Positions 21,950-34,300 of a DNA stretch of 64,000 nt are shown one piece after another. The notes under the pieces are model-generated. The model saw nothing but the letters and a program-made list of their open reading frames with translations, was not told where the DNA came from and ran no database searches. The first letter of the stretch is position 1. Each line of letters begins with the position of its first letter. A program made the position numbers and the translations under genes. Origin of the DNA: Antedon mediterranea (Eukaryota; Animalia; Echinodermata). The stretch covers positions 10,972,352-11,036,351 of the forward strand of contig NC_092678.1 of the NCBI RefSeq assembly GCF_964355755.1, in the 5' to 3' direction.

Positions 21950-24900
21950 TTAAGCTATTTTGTGCTCTTTGATGTTTTTGTGTAACCAAGTTTCATCGAA
22001 ATGAACCAAATGGTCTAAAACGTCTCCAAATGCGATTTGAAGCTTTTCCAAGCCCTTTGCTGTTTTTATGTTAACAAGTTTTTTCGAAAATCACAAAATG
22101 GTCTAAAACGTCTCAAAATGCGATTTGAAGGTATTCTGAGCACTTTGGTGTTTTTGTGTGAAAAGTTTTAACAAAATGCTCAAAATGGTCTAAAACGGTT
22201 CTAATGTGATTTTAAGCACTTTGATGTTTTTGTATAACCAAGTTTCATCGAAATGCACAAAATGGTCTAAAACGTCTCCAAATGCGATTTAAAGCTATTC
22301 TAGACACTTTGATGTTTTGTGTGAAAAAGTTTTCTCGAAATGCTCAAAATGGTCTAAAACGTTTTCCAATACCATATTAAGCTATTTTGTGCAATTTGAT
22401 GTTTTGTGTGAAAAAGTTTTAACGAAATGCTCAAAATGGTCTAAAACGGTTTCTAAGGTGATTTTAAGCACTTTGATGTTTTTGTGTAACCAAGTTTTTT
22501 CTTAAATCACAAAATGGTCTAAAACGTCTCCAAATGCGATTTGAAGCTTTTCTAAGCACTTTGGTGTTTTTATGTTAACAAGTTTTTTCGAAAATCACAA
22601 AATGGTCTAAAACGTCTCCAAATGCGATTTGAAGATATTCTGAGCACTTTGGTGTTTTTATGTTAAAAAGTTTTTTCGAAAATCACAAAATGGTCTAAAA
22701 CGTCTCCAAATGCGATTTGAAGCTATTCTGTACACTTTGATGTTTTGTGTGAAAAAGTTTTGTCGAAATGCTCAAAATGGTCTAAAACGTTTTTAAAACG
22801 ATATTAAGCTATTTTGTGCTCTTTGATGTTTTTGTGTAACCAAGTTTCATCGAAATGAACAAAATGGTCTAAAACGTCTCCAAATGCGATTTGAAGCTTT
22901 TCCAAGCCCTTTGCTGTTTTGTGTGAAAAAGTTTTCTCGAAATGCTCAAAATGGTCTAAAACGTTTTCCAATACCATATTAAGCTATTTTGTGCAATTTG
23001 ATGTTTTTGTGTAACCAAGTTTTTTCGAAAATCACAAAATTGTCTAAAACGTCTCCGAATGCGATTTGAAGCTCTTCTGTACACTTTGATGTTTTGTGTG
23101 AAAAAGTTTTCTCGAAATGCTCAAAATGGTCTAAAACGTTTTCCAATACCATATTAAGCTATTTTGTGCAATTTGATGTTTTTGTGTAACCAAGTTTTTT
23201 CGAAAATCACAAAATGGTCTAAAACGTCTCAGAATGCGATTTGAAGCTCTTCTGTACACTTTGATGTTTTGTGTGAAAAAGTTTTGTCGAAATGCTCAAA
23301 ATGGTCTAAAACGTTTTTAAATACGATATTAAGCTGTTTTGTGCACTTTGATGATTTGTGTGAAAAGTTTTAACGAAATGCTCAAAATGGTCTAAAACGG
23401 TTTCTAATGTGATTTTAAGCACTTTGATGTTTTTGTGTAACCAAGTTTTTTCGAAAATCACAAAATGGTCTAAAACGTCTCCAAATGCGATTTGAACCTT
23501 TTCTAAGCACTTTGGTGTTTTTATGTTAACAAGTTTTTTCGAAAATCACAAAATGGTCTAAAACGTCTCAAAATGCGATTTGAAGGTATTCTTAGGACTT
23601 TGGTGTTTTTGTGTGAAAAGTTTTAACGAAATGCTCAAAATGGTCTAAAAAGGTTTCTAATGTGATTTTAACCACTTTGATGTTTTTGTGTAACCAAGTT
23701 TTTTCGAAAATCACAAAATGGTCTAAAACGTCTCCAAATGCGATTTGAAGCTTTTCCAAGCACTTTGCTGTTTTTATGTTAACAAGCTTTTTCGAAAATC
23801 ACAAATTGGTCTAAAACGTCTCCAAATGCGATTTGAAGCTCTTCTGTACACTTTGATGTTTTGTGTGAAAAAGTTTTGTCAAAATGCTCAAAATGGTCTA
23901 AAACGTTTTTAAAACGATATTAAGCTATTTTGTGCTCTTTGATGTTTTTGTATAACCAAGTTTTTTCGAAAATCACAAAATGGTCTAAAACGTCTCCAAA
24001 TGCGATTTGAAGCTTTTCCAAGCACTTTGCTGTTTTTATGTTAACAAGTTTTTTTCGAAAATCACAAAATGGTCTAAAACGTCTCCAAATGCGATTTGAA
24101 GATATTCTGAGCACTTTGGTGTTTTTATGTTAAAAAGTTTTTTCGAAAATCACAAAATGGTCTAAAACGTCTCCAAATGCGATTTGAAGCTATTCTGTAC
24201 ACTTTGATGTTTTGTGTGAAAAAGTTTTGTCGAAATGCTCAAAATGGTCTAAAACGTTTTTAAAACGATATTAAGCTATTTTGTGCTCTTTGATGTTTTT
24301 GTGTAACCAAGTTTCATCGAAATGAACAAAATGGTCTAAAACGTCTCCAAATGCGATTTGAAGCTTTTCCAAGCACTTTGCTGTTTTTATGTTAACAAGT
24401 TTTTTCGAAAATCACAAAATGGTCTAAAACGTCTCAAAATGCGATTTGAAGGTATTCTGAGTACTTTGGTGTTTTTGTGTGAAAAGTTTTAACGAAATGC
24501 TCAAAATGGTCTAAAACGGCTCTAATGTGATTTTAAGCACTTTGATGTTTTTGTATAACCAAGTTTCATCGAAATGCACAAAATGGTCTAAAACGTCTCC
24601 AAATGCGATTTAAAGCTATTCTAGACACTTTGATGTTTTGTGTGAAAAAGTTTTCTAAAAATGCTCAAAATGTTCTAAAACGTTTTCCAATAGCATATTA
24701 GCTATTTTGTGCAATTTGATGTTTTTGTGTAACCAAGTTTTTTTAAATGCGATTTGAAGATATTCTGAGCACTTTGGTGTTTTTATGTTAAAAAGTTTTT
24801 TCGAAAATCACAAAATGGTCTAAAACGTCTCCAAATGCGATTTGAAGATATTCTGAGCACTTTGGTGTTTTTATGTTAAAAAGTTTTTTCGAAAATCACA

Positions 24901-27442
24901 AAATGGTCTAAAACGTCTCCAAATTCGATTTGAAGCTATTCTGTACACTTTGATGTTTTGTGTGAAAAAGTTTTGTCGAAATGCTCAAAATGGTCTAAAA
25001 CGTTTTTAAAACGATATTAAGCTATTTTGTGCTCTTTGATGTTTTTGTGTAACCAAGTTTCATCGAAATGAACAAAATGGTCTAAAACGTCTCCAAATGC
25101 GATTTGAAGCTTTTCCAAGCACTTTGCTGTTTTTATGTTAACATGTTTTTTTGAAAATCACAAAATGGTCTAAAACGTCTCAAAATGCGATTTGAAGGTA
25201 TTCTGAGCACTTTGGTGTTTTTGTGTGAAAAGTTTTAACGAAATGCTCAAAATGGTCTAAAACGGTTCTAATGTGATTTTAAGCACTTTGATGTTTTTGT
25301 ATAACCAAGTTTCATCGAAATGCACAAAATGGTCTAAAACGTCTCCAAATGCGATTTGAAGCTTTTCTAAGCACTTTGGTGTTTTTATGTTAACAAGTTT
25401 TTTCGAAAATCACAAAATGGTCTAAAACGTCTCCAAATGCGATTTGAAGATATTCTGAGCACTTTGGTGTTTTTATGTTAAAAAGTTTTTTCGAAAATCA
25501 CAAAATGGTCTAAAACGTCTCCAAATGCGATTTGAAGCTATTCTGTACACTTTGATGTTTTGTGTGAAAAAAGTTTTGTCGAAATGCTCAAAATGGTCTA
25601 AAACGTTTTTAAAACGATATTAAGCTATTTTGTGCTCTTTGATGTTTTTGTGTAACCAAGTTTCATCGAAATGAACAAAATTGTCTAAAACGTCTCCAAA
25701 TGCGATTTGAAGCTTTTCCAAGCACTTTGCTGTTTTTATGTTAACAAGTTTTTTCGAAAATCACAAAATGGTCTAAAACGTCTCAAAATGCGATTTGAAG
25801 GTATTCTGAGCACTTTGGTGTTTTTGTGTGAAAAGTTTTAACGAAATGCTCAAAATGGTCTAAAACGGTTTCTAATGTGATTTTAAGCACTTTGATGTTT
25901 TTGTATAACCAAGTTTCATCGAAATGCACAAAATGGTCTAAAACGTGTCCAAATGCGATTTAAAGCTATTCTAGACACTTTGATGTTTTGTGTGAAAAAG
26001 TTTTCTCGAAATGCTCAAAATGGTCTAAAACGTTTTCCAATACCATATTTGATGTTTTTGTGTAACCAAGTTTTTTCGAAAATCACAAAATGGTCTAAAA
26101 CGTCTCAGAATGCGATTTGAAGCTCTTCTGTACACTTTGATGTTTTCTGTGAAAAAGTTTTGTCGAAATGCTCAAAATGGTCTAAAAAGTTTTTAAATAC
26201 GATATTAAGCTGTTTTGTGCACTTTGATGATCTGTGTGAAAAGTTTTAACGAAATGTTCAAAATGGTCTAAAACGGTTTCTAATGTGATTTTAAGCACTT
26301 TGATGTTTTTGTGTAACCAAGTTTTTTCGAAAATCACAAAATGGTCTAAAACGTCTCCAAATGCGATTTGAAGCTTTTCTAAGCACTTTGGTGTTTTTAT
26401 GTTAACAAGTTTTTTCGAAAATCACAAAATGGTCTAAAACGTCTCCAAATGCGATTTGAAGATATTCTGAGCACTTTGGTGTTTTTATGTTAAAAAGTTT
26501 TTTCGAAAATCACAAAATGGTCTAAAACGTCTCCAAATGCGATTTGAAGATATTCTGTACACTTTGATGTTTTGTGTGAAAAAGTTTTGTCGAAATGCTC
26601 AAAATGGTCTAAAACGTTTTTAAAACGATATTAAGCTATTTTGTGCTCTTTGATGTTTTTGTGTAACCAAGTTTCATCGAAATGCACAAAATGGTCTAAA
26701 ACGTCTCCAAATGCGATTTAAAGCTATTCTAGACACTTTGATGTTTTGTGTGAAAAAGTTTTCTCGAAATGCTCAAAATGGTCTAAAACGTTTTCCAATA
26801 GCATATTAGCTATTTTGTGCAATTTGATGTTTTTGTGTAACCAAGTTTTTTGAAATGCGATTTGAAGATATTCTGAGCACTTTGGTGTTTTTATGTTAAA
26901 AAGTTTTTTCGAAAATAACAAAATGGTCTAAAACGTCTCCAAATGCGATTTGAAGATATTCTGAGCACTTTGGTGTTTTTATGTTAAAAAGTTTTTTCGA
27001 AAATCACAAAATGGTCTAAAACGTCTCCAAATGCGATTTGAAGCTATTCTGTACACTTTGATGTTTTGTGTGAAAAAGTTTTGTCGAAATGCTCAAAATG
27101 GTCTAAAACGTTTTTAAAACGATATTAAGCTATTTTGTGCTCTTTGATGTTTTTGTGTAACCAAGTTTCATCGAAATGAACAAAATGGTCTAAAACGTCT
27201 CCAAATGCGATTTGAAGCTTTTCCAAGCACTTTGCTGTTTTTATGTTAACATGTTTTTTCGAAAATCACAAAATGGTCTAAAACGTCTCAAAATGCGATT
27301 TGAAGGTATTCTGAGCACTTTGGTGTTTTTGTGTGAAAAGTTTTAACGAAATGCTCAAAATGGTCTAAAATGGTTCTAATGTGATTTTAAGCACTTTGAT
27401 GTTTTTGTATAACCAAGTTTCATCGAAATGCACAAAATGGTC
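21950..27442. repeat. 87-88-bp satellite array, segment 3
   Basis: Resumes at TTAAGCTATTTTGTGCTC, the continuation of the monomer interrupted at 16196. Confidence 0.97.
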
Positions 27443-28335
27443 TTGTCTGGGCTCCAGACGGAGTTTTTTCTTAATATTAGTAAAAATATAAATATTTTTG
27501 CACATATGGCGTTTCATACGTGTATTACTTGAGTTTGGATACTCCGTCTGGGGAAACACGCAAAAGTCACGTGGTTTGACACCAAGAATTCTTGGTGCAT
27601 AGATTATCCGGTTGACTAGTTTCAGCTGCATGCGATTGGCTACTCACTCGTACACTGTTTTAATATTCATATTTCAGAATTTCAAAGACTCAACAACTAA
27701 TATGGTACGCATGCGCTATGTTACGTTTAGACAATGTGTACTTTGGGTACATTGATGAAAGTTTCTGAAGGCTAGAAAGGATTTTATATGGATCATTTAA
27801 TCAGGGAGATGTATATTACGCGGAGATAATTTGATTTAATTCCCACCCAGACCTGTCCTGTTCTGAGTAGTGGTGTAGCCCTGTTGTGTGTGAATCCTGT
27901 TGTGTGCCGGTGGTGGTATTATGTAGGCCTACCTTATTGGCGTTTTATTTGGCAGGTCATACGTGGGAGTTGAGTAGGACCTACGAAGGAGGCCTAGGCT
28001 AAGGACTAAACAATTAATAAACAAAACAACTTGGCAACACGATTTCATATTTTAACAGTCTCGATCGTACATTCAGCACTGTACGTTGGCCTACTCGATC
28101 TTTTTCATTTTGAAACAAAATGATCATTGGTTGATTCGAAATCCATATTTACATACCGCCCGCCCCCATATAGCCAAATACGGTATGATAACCTACGTCA
28201 TTCTTATCGGATGTTTGCGGTCTGCAAATCGATTTCTATACGTGTTTCACAAGTCTGTATTTTCAGACAAAAATCGCGGTCGAAATAAAAACAAATAAAT
28301 TAAAAAAAAAACAATACAGACTTGGGGCAAGTCTA
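27443..28335. mobile_element. Non-autonomous DNA transposon with hairpin termini and 9-bp TSD (Academ/AcademH-like)
   Basis: Unique 893-bp insert. TSD AAAATGGTC (27434-27442) / AAAAAGGTC (28336-28344). Ends TTGTCTGG...CAAGTCTA. Terminal hairpins GTCTGG-GCT-CCAGAC and AGACTTG-GGG-CAAGTCT. No credible ORF. The superfamily call rests on end structure only. Confidence 0.75.
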
Positions 28336-31300
28336 AAAAAGGTCTAAAACGTCTCCAAATGCGATTTGAAGCTTCTCTAAGCACTTTGGTGTTTTTATGT
28401 TAACAAGTTTTTTCGAAAATCACAAAATGGTCTAAAACGTCTCAAAATGCGATTTGAAGGTACTCTGAGCACTTTGGTGTTTTTGTGTGAAAAGTTTTAA
28501 CGAAATGCTCAAAATGGTCTAAAACGGTTTCTAATGTGATTTTAAGCACTTTGATGTTTTTGTATAACCAAGTTTCATCGAAATGCACAAAATGGTCTAA
28601 AACGTCTCCAAATGCGATTTGAAGCTTTTCTAAGCACTTTGCTGTTTTTATTTTAACAAGTTTTTTCGAAAATCACAAAATGGTCTAAAACGTCTCCAAA
28701 TGAGATTTGAAGATATTCTGAGCACTTTGGTGTTTTTATGTTAAAAAGTTTTTTCGAAAATCACAAAATGGTCTAAAACGTCTCCAAATGCGATTTGAAG
28801 CTCTTCTGTACACTTTGATGTTTTGTGTGAAAAAGTTTTGTCGAAATGCTCAAAATGGTCTAAAACGTTTTTAAATACGATAATAAGCTGTTTTGTGCAC
28901 TTTGATGATTTGTGTGAAAACTTTTAACGAAATGCTCAAAATGGTCAAAAACGGTTTCTAATGTGATTTTAAGCACTTTGATGTTTTTGTGTAACCAAGT
29001 TTTTTCGAAATGCTCAAAATGGTCTAAAACGTTTTCCAAAACCATATTAAGCTATTTTGTGCAATTTGATGTTTTTGTGTAACCAAGTTTTTTCGAAAAT
29101 CACAAAATGGTCTAAAACGTCTAAGAATGCGATTTGAAGCTCTTCTGTACACTTTGATGTTTTGTGTGAAAAAGTTTTGTCGAAATGCTCAAAATGGTCT
29201 AAAACGTTTTTAAATACGATATTAAGCTGTTTTGTGCACTTTGATGATTTGTGTGAAAAGTTTTAACGAAATGCTCAAAATGGTCTAAAACGGTTTCTAA
29301 TGTGATTTTAAGCACTTTGATGTTTTTGTGTAACCAAGTTTTTTCGAAAATCACAAAATGGTCTAAAACGTCTCCAAATGCGATTTGAAGCTTTTCTAAG
29401 CACTTTGCTGTTTTTATTTTAACAAGTTTTTTCGCAAATCACAAAATGGTCTAAAACGTCTTCAAATGCGATTTGAAGATATTCTGAGCACTTTGGTGTT
29501 TTTATGTTAAAAAGTTTTTTCGAAAATCACAAAATGGTCTAAAACGTCTCAAAATGCGATTTGAAGATATTCTGAGCACTTTGGTGTTTTTATGTCAAAA
29601 AGTTTTTTCGAAAATCACAAAATGGTCTAAAACGTCTCCAAATGTGATTTGAAGCTATTCTGTACACTTTGATGTTTTGTGTGAAAAAGTTTTGTCGAAA
29701 TGCTCAAAATGGTCTAAAACGTTTTTAAAACGATATTAAGCTATTTTGTGCTCTTTGATGTTTTTGTGTAACCAAGTTTCATCGAAATGAACAAAATGGT
29801 CTAAAACGTCTCCAAATGCGAATTGAAGCTTTTCCAAGCACTTTGCTGTTTTTATGTTAACAAGTTTTTTCGAAAATCACAAAATGGTCTAAAACGTCTC
29901 AAAATGCGATTTGAAGGTATTCTGAGCACTTTGGTGTTTTTGTGTGAAAAGTTTTAACGAAATGCTCAAAATGGTCTAAAACGGTTTCTAATGTGATTTT
30001 AAGCACTTTGATGTTTTTGTATAACCAAGTTTCATCGAAATGCACAAAATGGTCTAAAACGTCTCCAAATGCGATTTGAAGCTTTTCCAAGCACTTTGCT
30101 GTTTTTATGTTAACAAGTTTTTTCGAAAATCACAAAATGGTCTAAAACGTCTCAAAATACGATATTAAGCTGTTTTGTGCACTTTGATGATTTGTGTGAA
30201 AAGTTTTAACGAAATGCTCAAAATGGTCTAAAACGGTTTCTAATGTGATTTTAAGCACTTTGAGGTTTTTGTGTAATCAAGTTTTTTCGAAAATCAAAAA
30301 ATGGTCTAAAACGTGTCCAAATGCGATTTGAAGCTTTTCTAAGCACTTTGGTGTTTTTATGTTAACAAGTTTTTTCGAAAATCACAAAATGTTCTAAAGC
30401 GTCTCCAAATGCGATTTGAAGATATTCTGAGCACTTTGGTGTTTTTATGTTAAAAAGTTTTTTCGAAAATCACAAAAATGGTCTAAAACGTCTCCAAATG
30501 CGATTTGAAGCTATTCTGTACACTTTGATGTTTTGTGTGAACAAGTTTTGCCAAAATGCTCAAAATGGTCTAAAACGTTTTTAAAACGATATTAAGCTAT
30601 TTTGTGCTCTTTGATGTTTTTGTATAACCAAGTTTTTTCGAAAATCACAAAATGTTCTAAAACGTCTCCAAATGCGATTTGAAGCTTTTCCAAGAACTTT
30701 GCTGTTTTTATGTTAACAATTTTTTTCGAAAATCACAAAATGGTCTAAAACGTCTCCAAATGCGATTTGAAGCTATTCTGTACACTTTGATGTTTTGTGT
30801 GAAAAAGTTTTGTCGAAATGCTCAAAATGGTCTAAAACGTCTCCAAATGCGATTTGAAGCTCTTCTGTACACTTTGATGTTTTGTGTTAAAAAGTTTTGT
30901 CGAAATGCTCAAAATGGTCTAAAACGTTTTTAAAACGATATTAAGCTATTTTGTGCTCTTTGATGTTTTTGTGTAACCAAGTTTCATCGAAATGAACAAA
31001 ATGGTCTAAAACGTCTCCAAATGCGATTTGAAGCTTTTCCAAGCACTTTGCTGTTTTTATGTTAACAAGTTTTTTCGAAAATAACAAAATGGTCTAAAAC
31101 GTCTCAAAATGCGATTTGAAGGTATTCTGAGCACTTTGGTGTTTTTGTGTGAAAAGTTTTAACGAAATGCTCAAAATGGTCTAAAACGGTTCTAATGTGA
31201 TTTTAAGCACTTTGATGTTTTTGTATAACCAAGTTTCGTCGAAATGCACAAAATGGTCTAAAACGTCTCCAAATGCGATTTAAAGCTATTCTAGACACTT

Positions 31301-34300
31301 TGATGTTTTGTGTGAAAAAGTTTTCTCGAAATGCTCAAAATGGTCTAAAACGTCTCAAAATGCGATTTGAAGATATTCTGAGCACTTTGATGTTTTTATG
31401 TTAAAAAGTTTTTTCGAAAATCACAAAATGGTCTAAAACGTCTCCAAATGCGATTTGAAGCTATTCTGTACACTTTTATGTTTTGTGTGAAAAAGTTTTG
31501 TTGAAATGCTCAAAATGGTCTAAAACGTTTTTAAAACGATATTAAGCTATTTTGTGCTCTTTGATGTTTTTGTGTAACCAAGTTTCATCGAAATGAACAA
31601 AATGGTCTAAAACGTCTCCAAATGCGATTTGAAGCTTTTCCAAGCACTTTGCTGTTTTTATGTTAACAAGTTTTTTCGAAAATCACAAAATGGTCTAAAA
31701 CGTCTCAAAATGCGATTTGAAGGTATTCTGAGCACTTTGGTGTTTTTATGTGAAAAGTTTTAACGAATTGCTCAAAATGGTCTAAAACGGTTTCTAATGT
31801 GATTTTAAGCACTTTGATGTTTTTGTATAACCAAGTTTTATCGAAATGCACAAAATGGTCTAAAACGTCTCCAAATGCGATTTAAAGCTATTCTAGACAC
31901 TTTGTTGTTTTGTGTGAAAAAGTTTTCTCGAAATGCTCAAAATGGTCTAAAACGTTTTCCAATACCATATTAAGCTATTTTGTGCAATTTTTTTTTTTGT
32001 GTAACCAAGTTTTTTCGAAAATCACAAAATTGTCTAAAACGTCTCCGAATGCGATTTGAAGCTCTTCGGTACACTTTGATGTTTTGTGTGAAAAAGTTTT
32101 GTCGAAATGCTCAAAATGGTCTAAAACGTTTTTAAATACGATATTAAGCTGTTTTGTGCACTTTGATGATTTGTGTGAAAAGTTTTAACGAAATCCTCAA
32201 AATGGTCTAAAACGGTTTCTAATGTGATTTTAAGCACTTTGATTTTTTTGTGTAACCAAGTTTTTTCGAAAATCACAAAATGGTCTAAAACGTCTCCAAA
32301 TGCGATTTGAAGCTTTTCTAAGCACTTTGGTGTTTTTATGTTAACAAGTTTTTTCGAAAATCACAAAATGGTCTAAAACGTCTCCAAATGCGATTTGAAG
32401 CTATTCTGTACACTTTGATGTTTTGTGTGAAAAAGTTTTTTCGAAATGCTCAAAATGGTCTAAAACGTTTTTAAAACGATATTAAGCTATTTTGTGCTCT
32501 TTGATGTTTTTGTGTAACCAAGTTTCATCGAAATGAACAAAATGGTCTAAAACGTCTCCAAATGCGATTTGAAGCTTTTCCAAGCACTTTGCTGTTTTTA
32601 TGTTAACAAGTTTTTTCGAAAATCACAAAATGGTCTAAAACGTCTCAAAATGCGATTTGAAGGTATTCTGAGCACTTTGGTGTTTTTGTGTGAAAAGTTT
32701 TAACGAAATGCTCAAAATGGTCTAAAACGGTTTCTAATGTGATTTTAAGCACTTTGATGTTTTTGTATAACCAAGTTTCATCGAAATGCACAAAATGGTC
32801 TAAAACGTCTCCAAATGCGATTTAAACCTATTCTAGACACTTTGATGTTTTGTGTGAAAAAGTTTTCTCGAAATGCTCAAAATGGTCTAAAACGTCTCCA
32901 AATGCGATTTGAAGATATTCTGAGCACTTTGGTGTTTTTTATATTAAAAAGTTTTTTCGAAAATCACAAAATGGTCTAAAACGTCTCCAAATGCGATTTG
33001 AAGCTATTCTGTACACTTTGATGTTTTGTGTGAAAAAGTTTTGTCGAAATGCTCAAAATGGTCTAAAACGTTTTTAAAACGATATTAAGCTATTTTGTGC
33101 TCTTTGATGTTTTTGTATAACCAAGTTTTTTCGAAAATCACAAAATGGTCTAAAACGTCTCCAAATGCGATTTGAAGCTTTTCCAAACACTTTGCTGTTT
33201 TTATGTTAACAAGTTTTTTCGAAAATCACAAAATGGTCTAAAACGTCTCCAAATGCGATTTGAAGCTATTCTGTACACTTTGATGTTTTGTGTGAAAAAG
33301 TTTTGTCGAAATGCTCAAAATGGTCTAAAACGTTTTTAAAACGATATTAAGCTATTTTGTGCTCTTTGATGTTTTTCTGTAACAAAGTTTCATCGAAATG
33401 AACAAAATGGTCTAAAACGTCTCCAAATGCGATTTGAAGCTTTTCCAAGCACTTTGCTGTTTTTATGTTAACAAGTTTTTTCGAAAATCACAAAATGGTC
33501 AAAAACGTCTCAAAATGCGATTTGAAGGTATTCTGAGCACTTTGGTGTTTTTGTGTGAAAAGTTTTAACGAAATGCTCAAAATGGTCTAAAACGTTTTTA
33601 AAACGATATTAAGCTATTTTGTGCTCTTTGATGTTTTTGTGTAACCAAGTTTCATCGATATGAACAAAATGGTCTAAAACGTCTCCAAATGCGATTTGAA
33701 GCTTTTCTAAGCACTTTGGTGTTTTTATGTTAACAAGTTTTTTTCGAAAATCACAAAATGGTCTAAAACGTCTCCAAATGCGATTTGAAGATATTCTGAG
33801 CACTTTGGTGTTTTTATGTCAAAAAGTTTTTTCGAAAATCACAAAATGGTCTAAAACGTCTCCAAATGTGATTTGAAGCTATTCTGTACACTTTGATGTT
33901 TTTTGTGAAAAAGTTTTGTCGAAATGCTCAAAATGGTCTAAAACGTTTTTAAAACGATATTAAGCTATTTTGTGCTCTTTGATGTTTTTGTGTAACCAAG
34001 TTTCATCGAAATGAACAAAATGGTCTAAAACGTCTCCAAATGCGAATTGAAGCTTTTCCAAGCACTTTGCTGTTTTTATGTTAACAAGTTTTTTCGAAAA
34101 TCACAAAATGGTCTAAAACGTCTCAAAATGCGATTTGAAGGTATTCTGAGCACTTTGGTGTTTTTGTGTGAAAAGTTTTAACGAAATGCTCAAAATGGTC
34201 TAAAACGGTTTCTAATGTGATTTTAAGCACTTTGATGTTTTTGTATAACCAAGTTTCATCGAAATGCACAAAATGGTCTAAAACGTCTCCAAATGCGATT

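Noticed and set aside
21678-21989. ORFs over the Harbinger right end (and 16113-16388 at the left end)
   Set aside because: They run across the TIR into satellite sequence and show no domain similarity.
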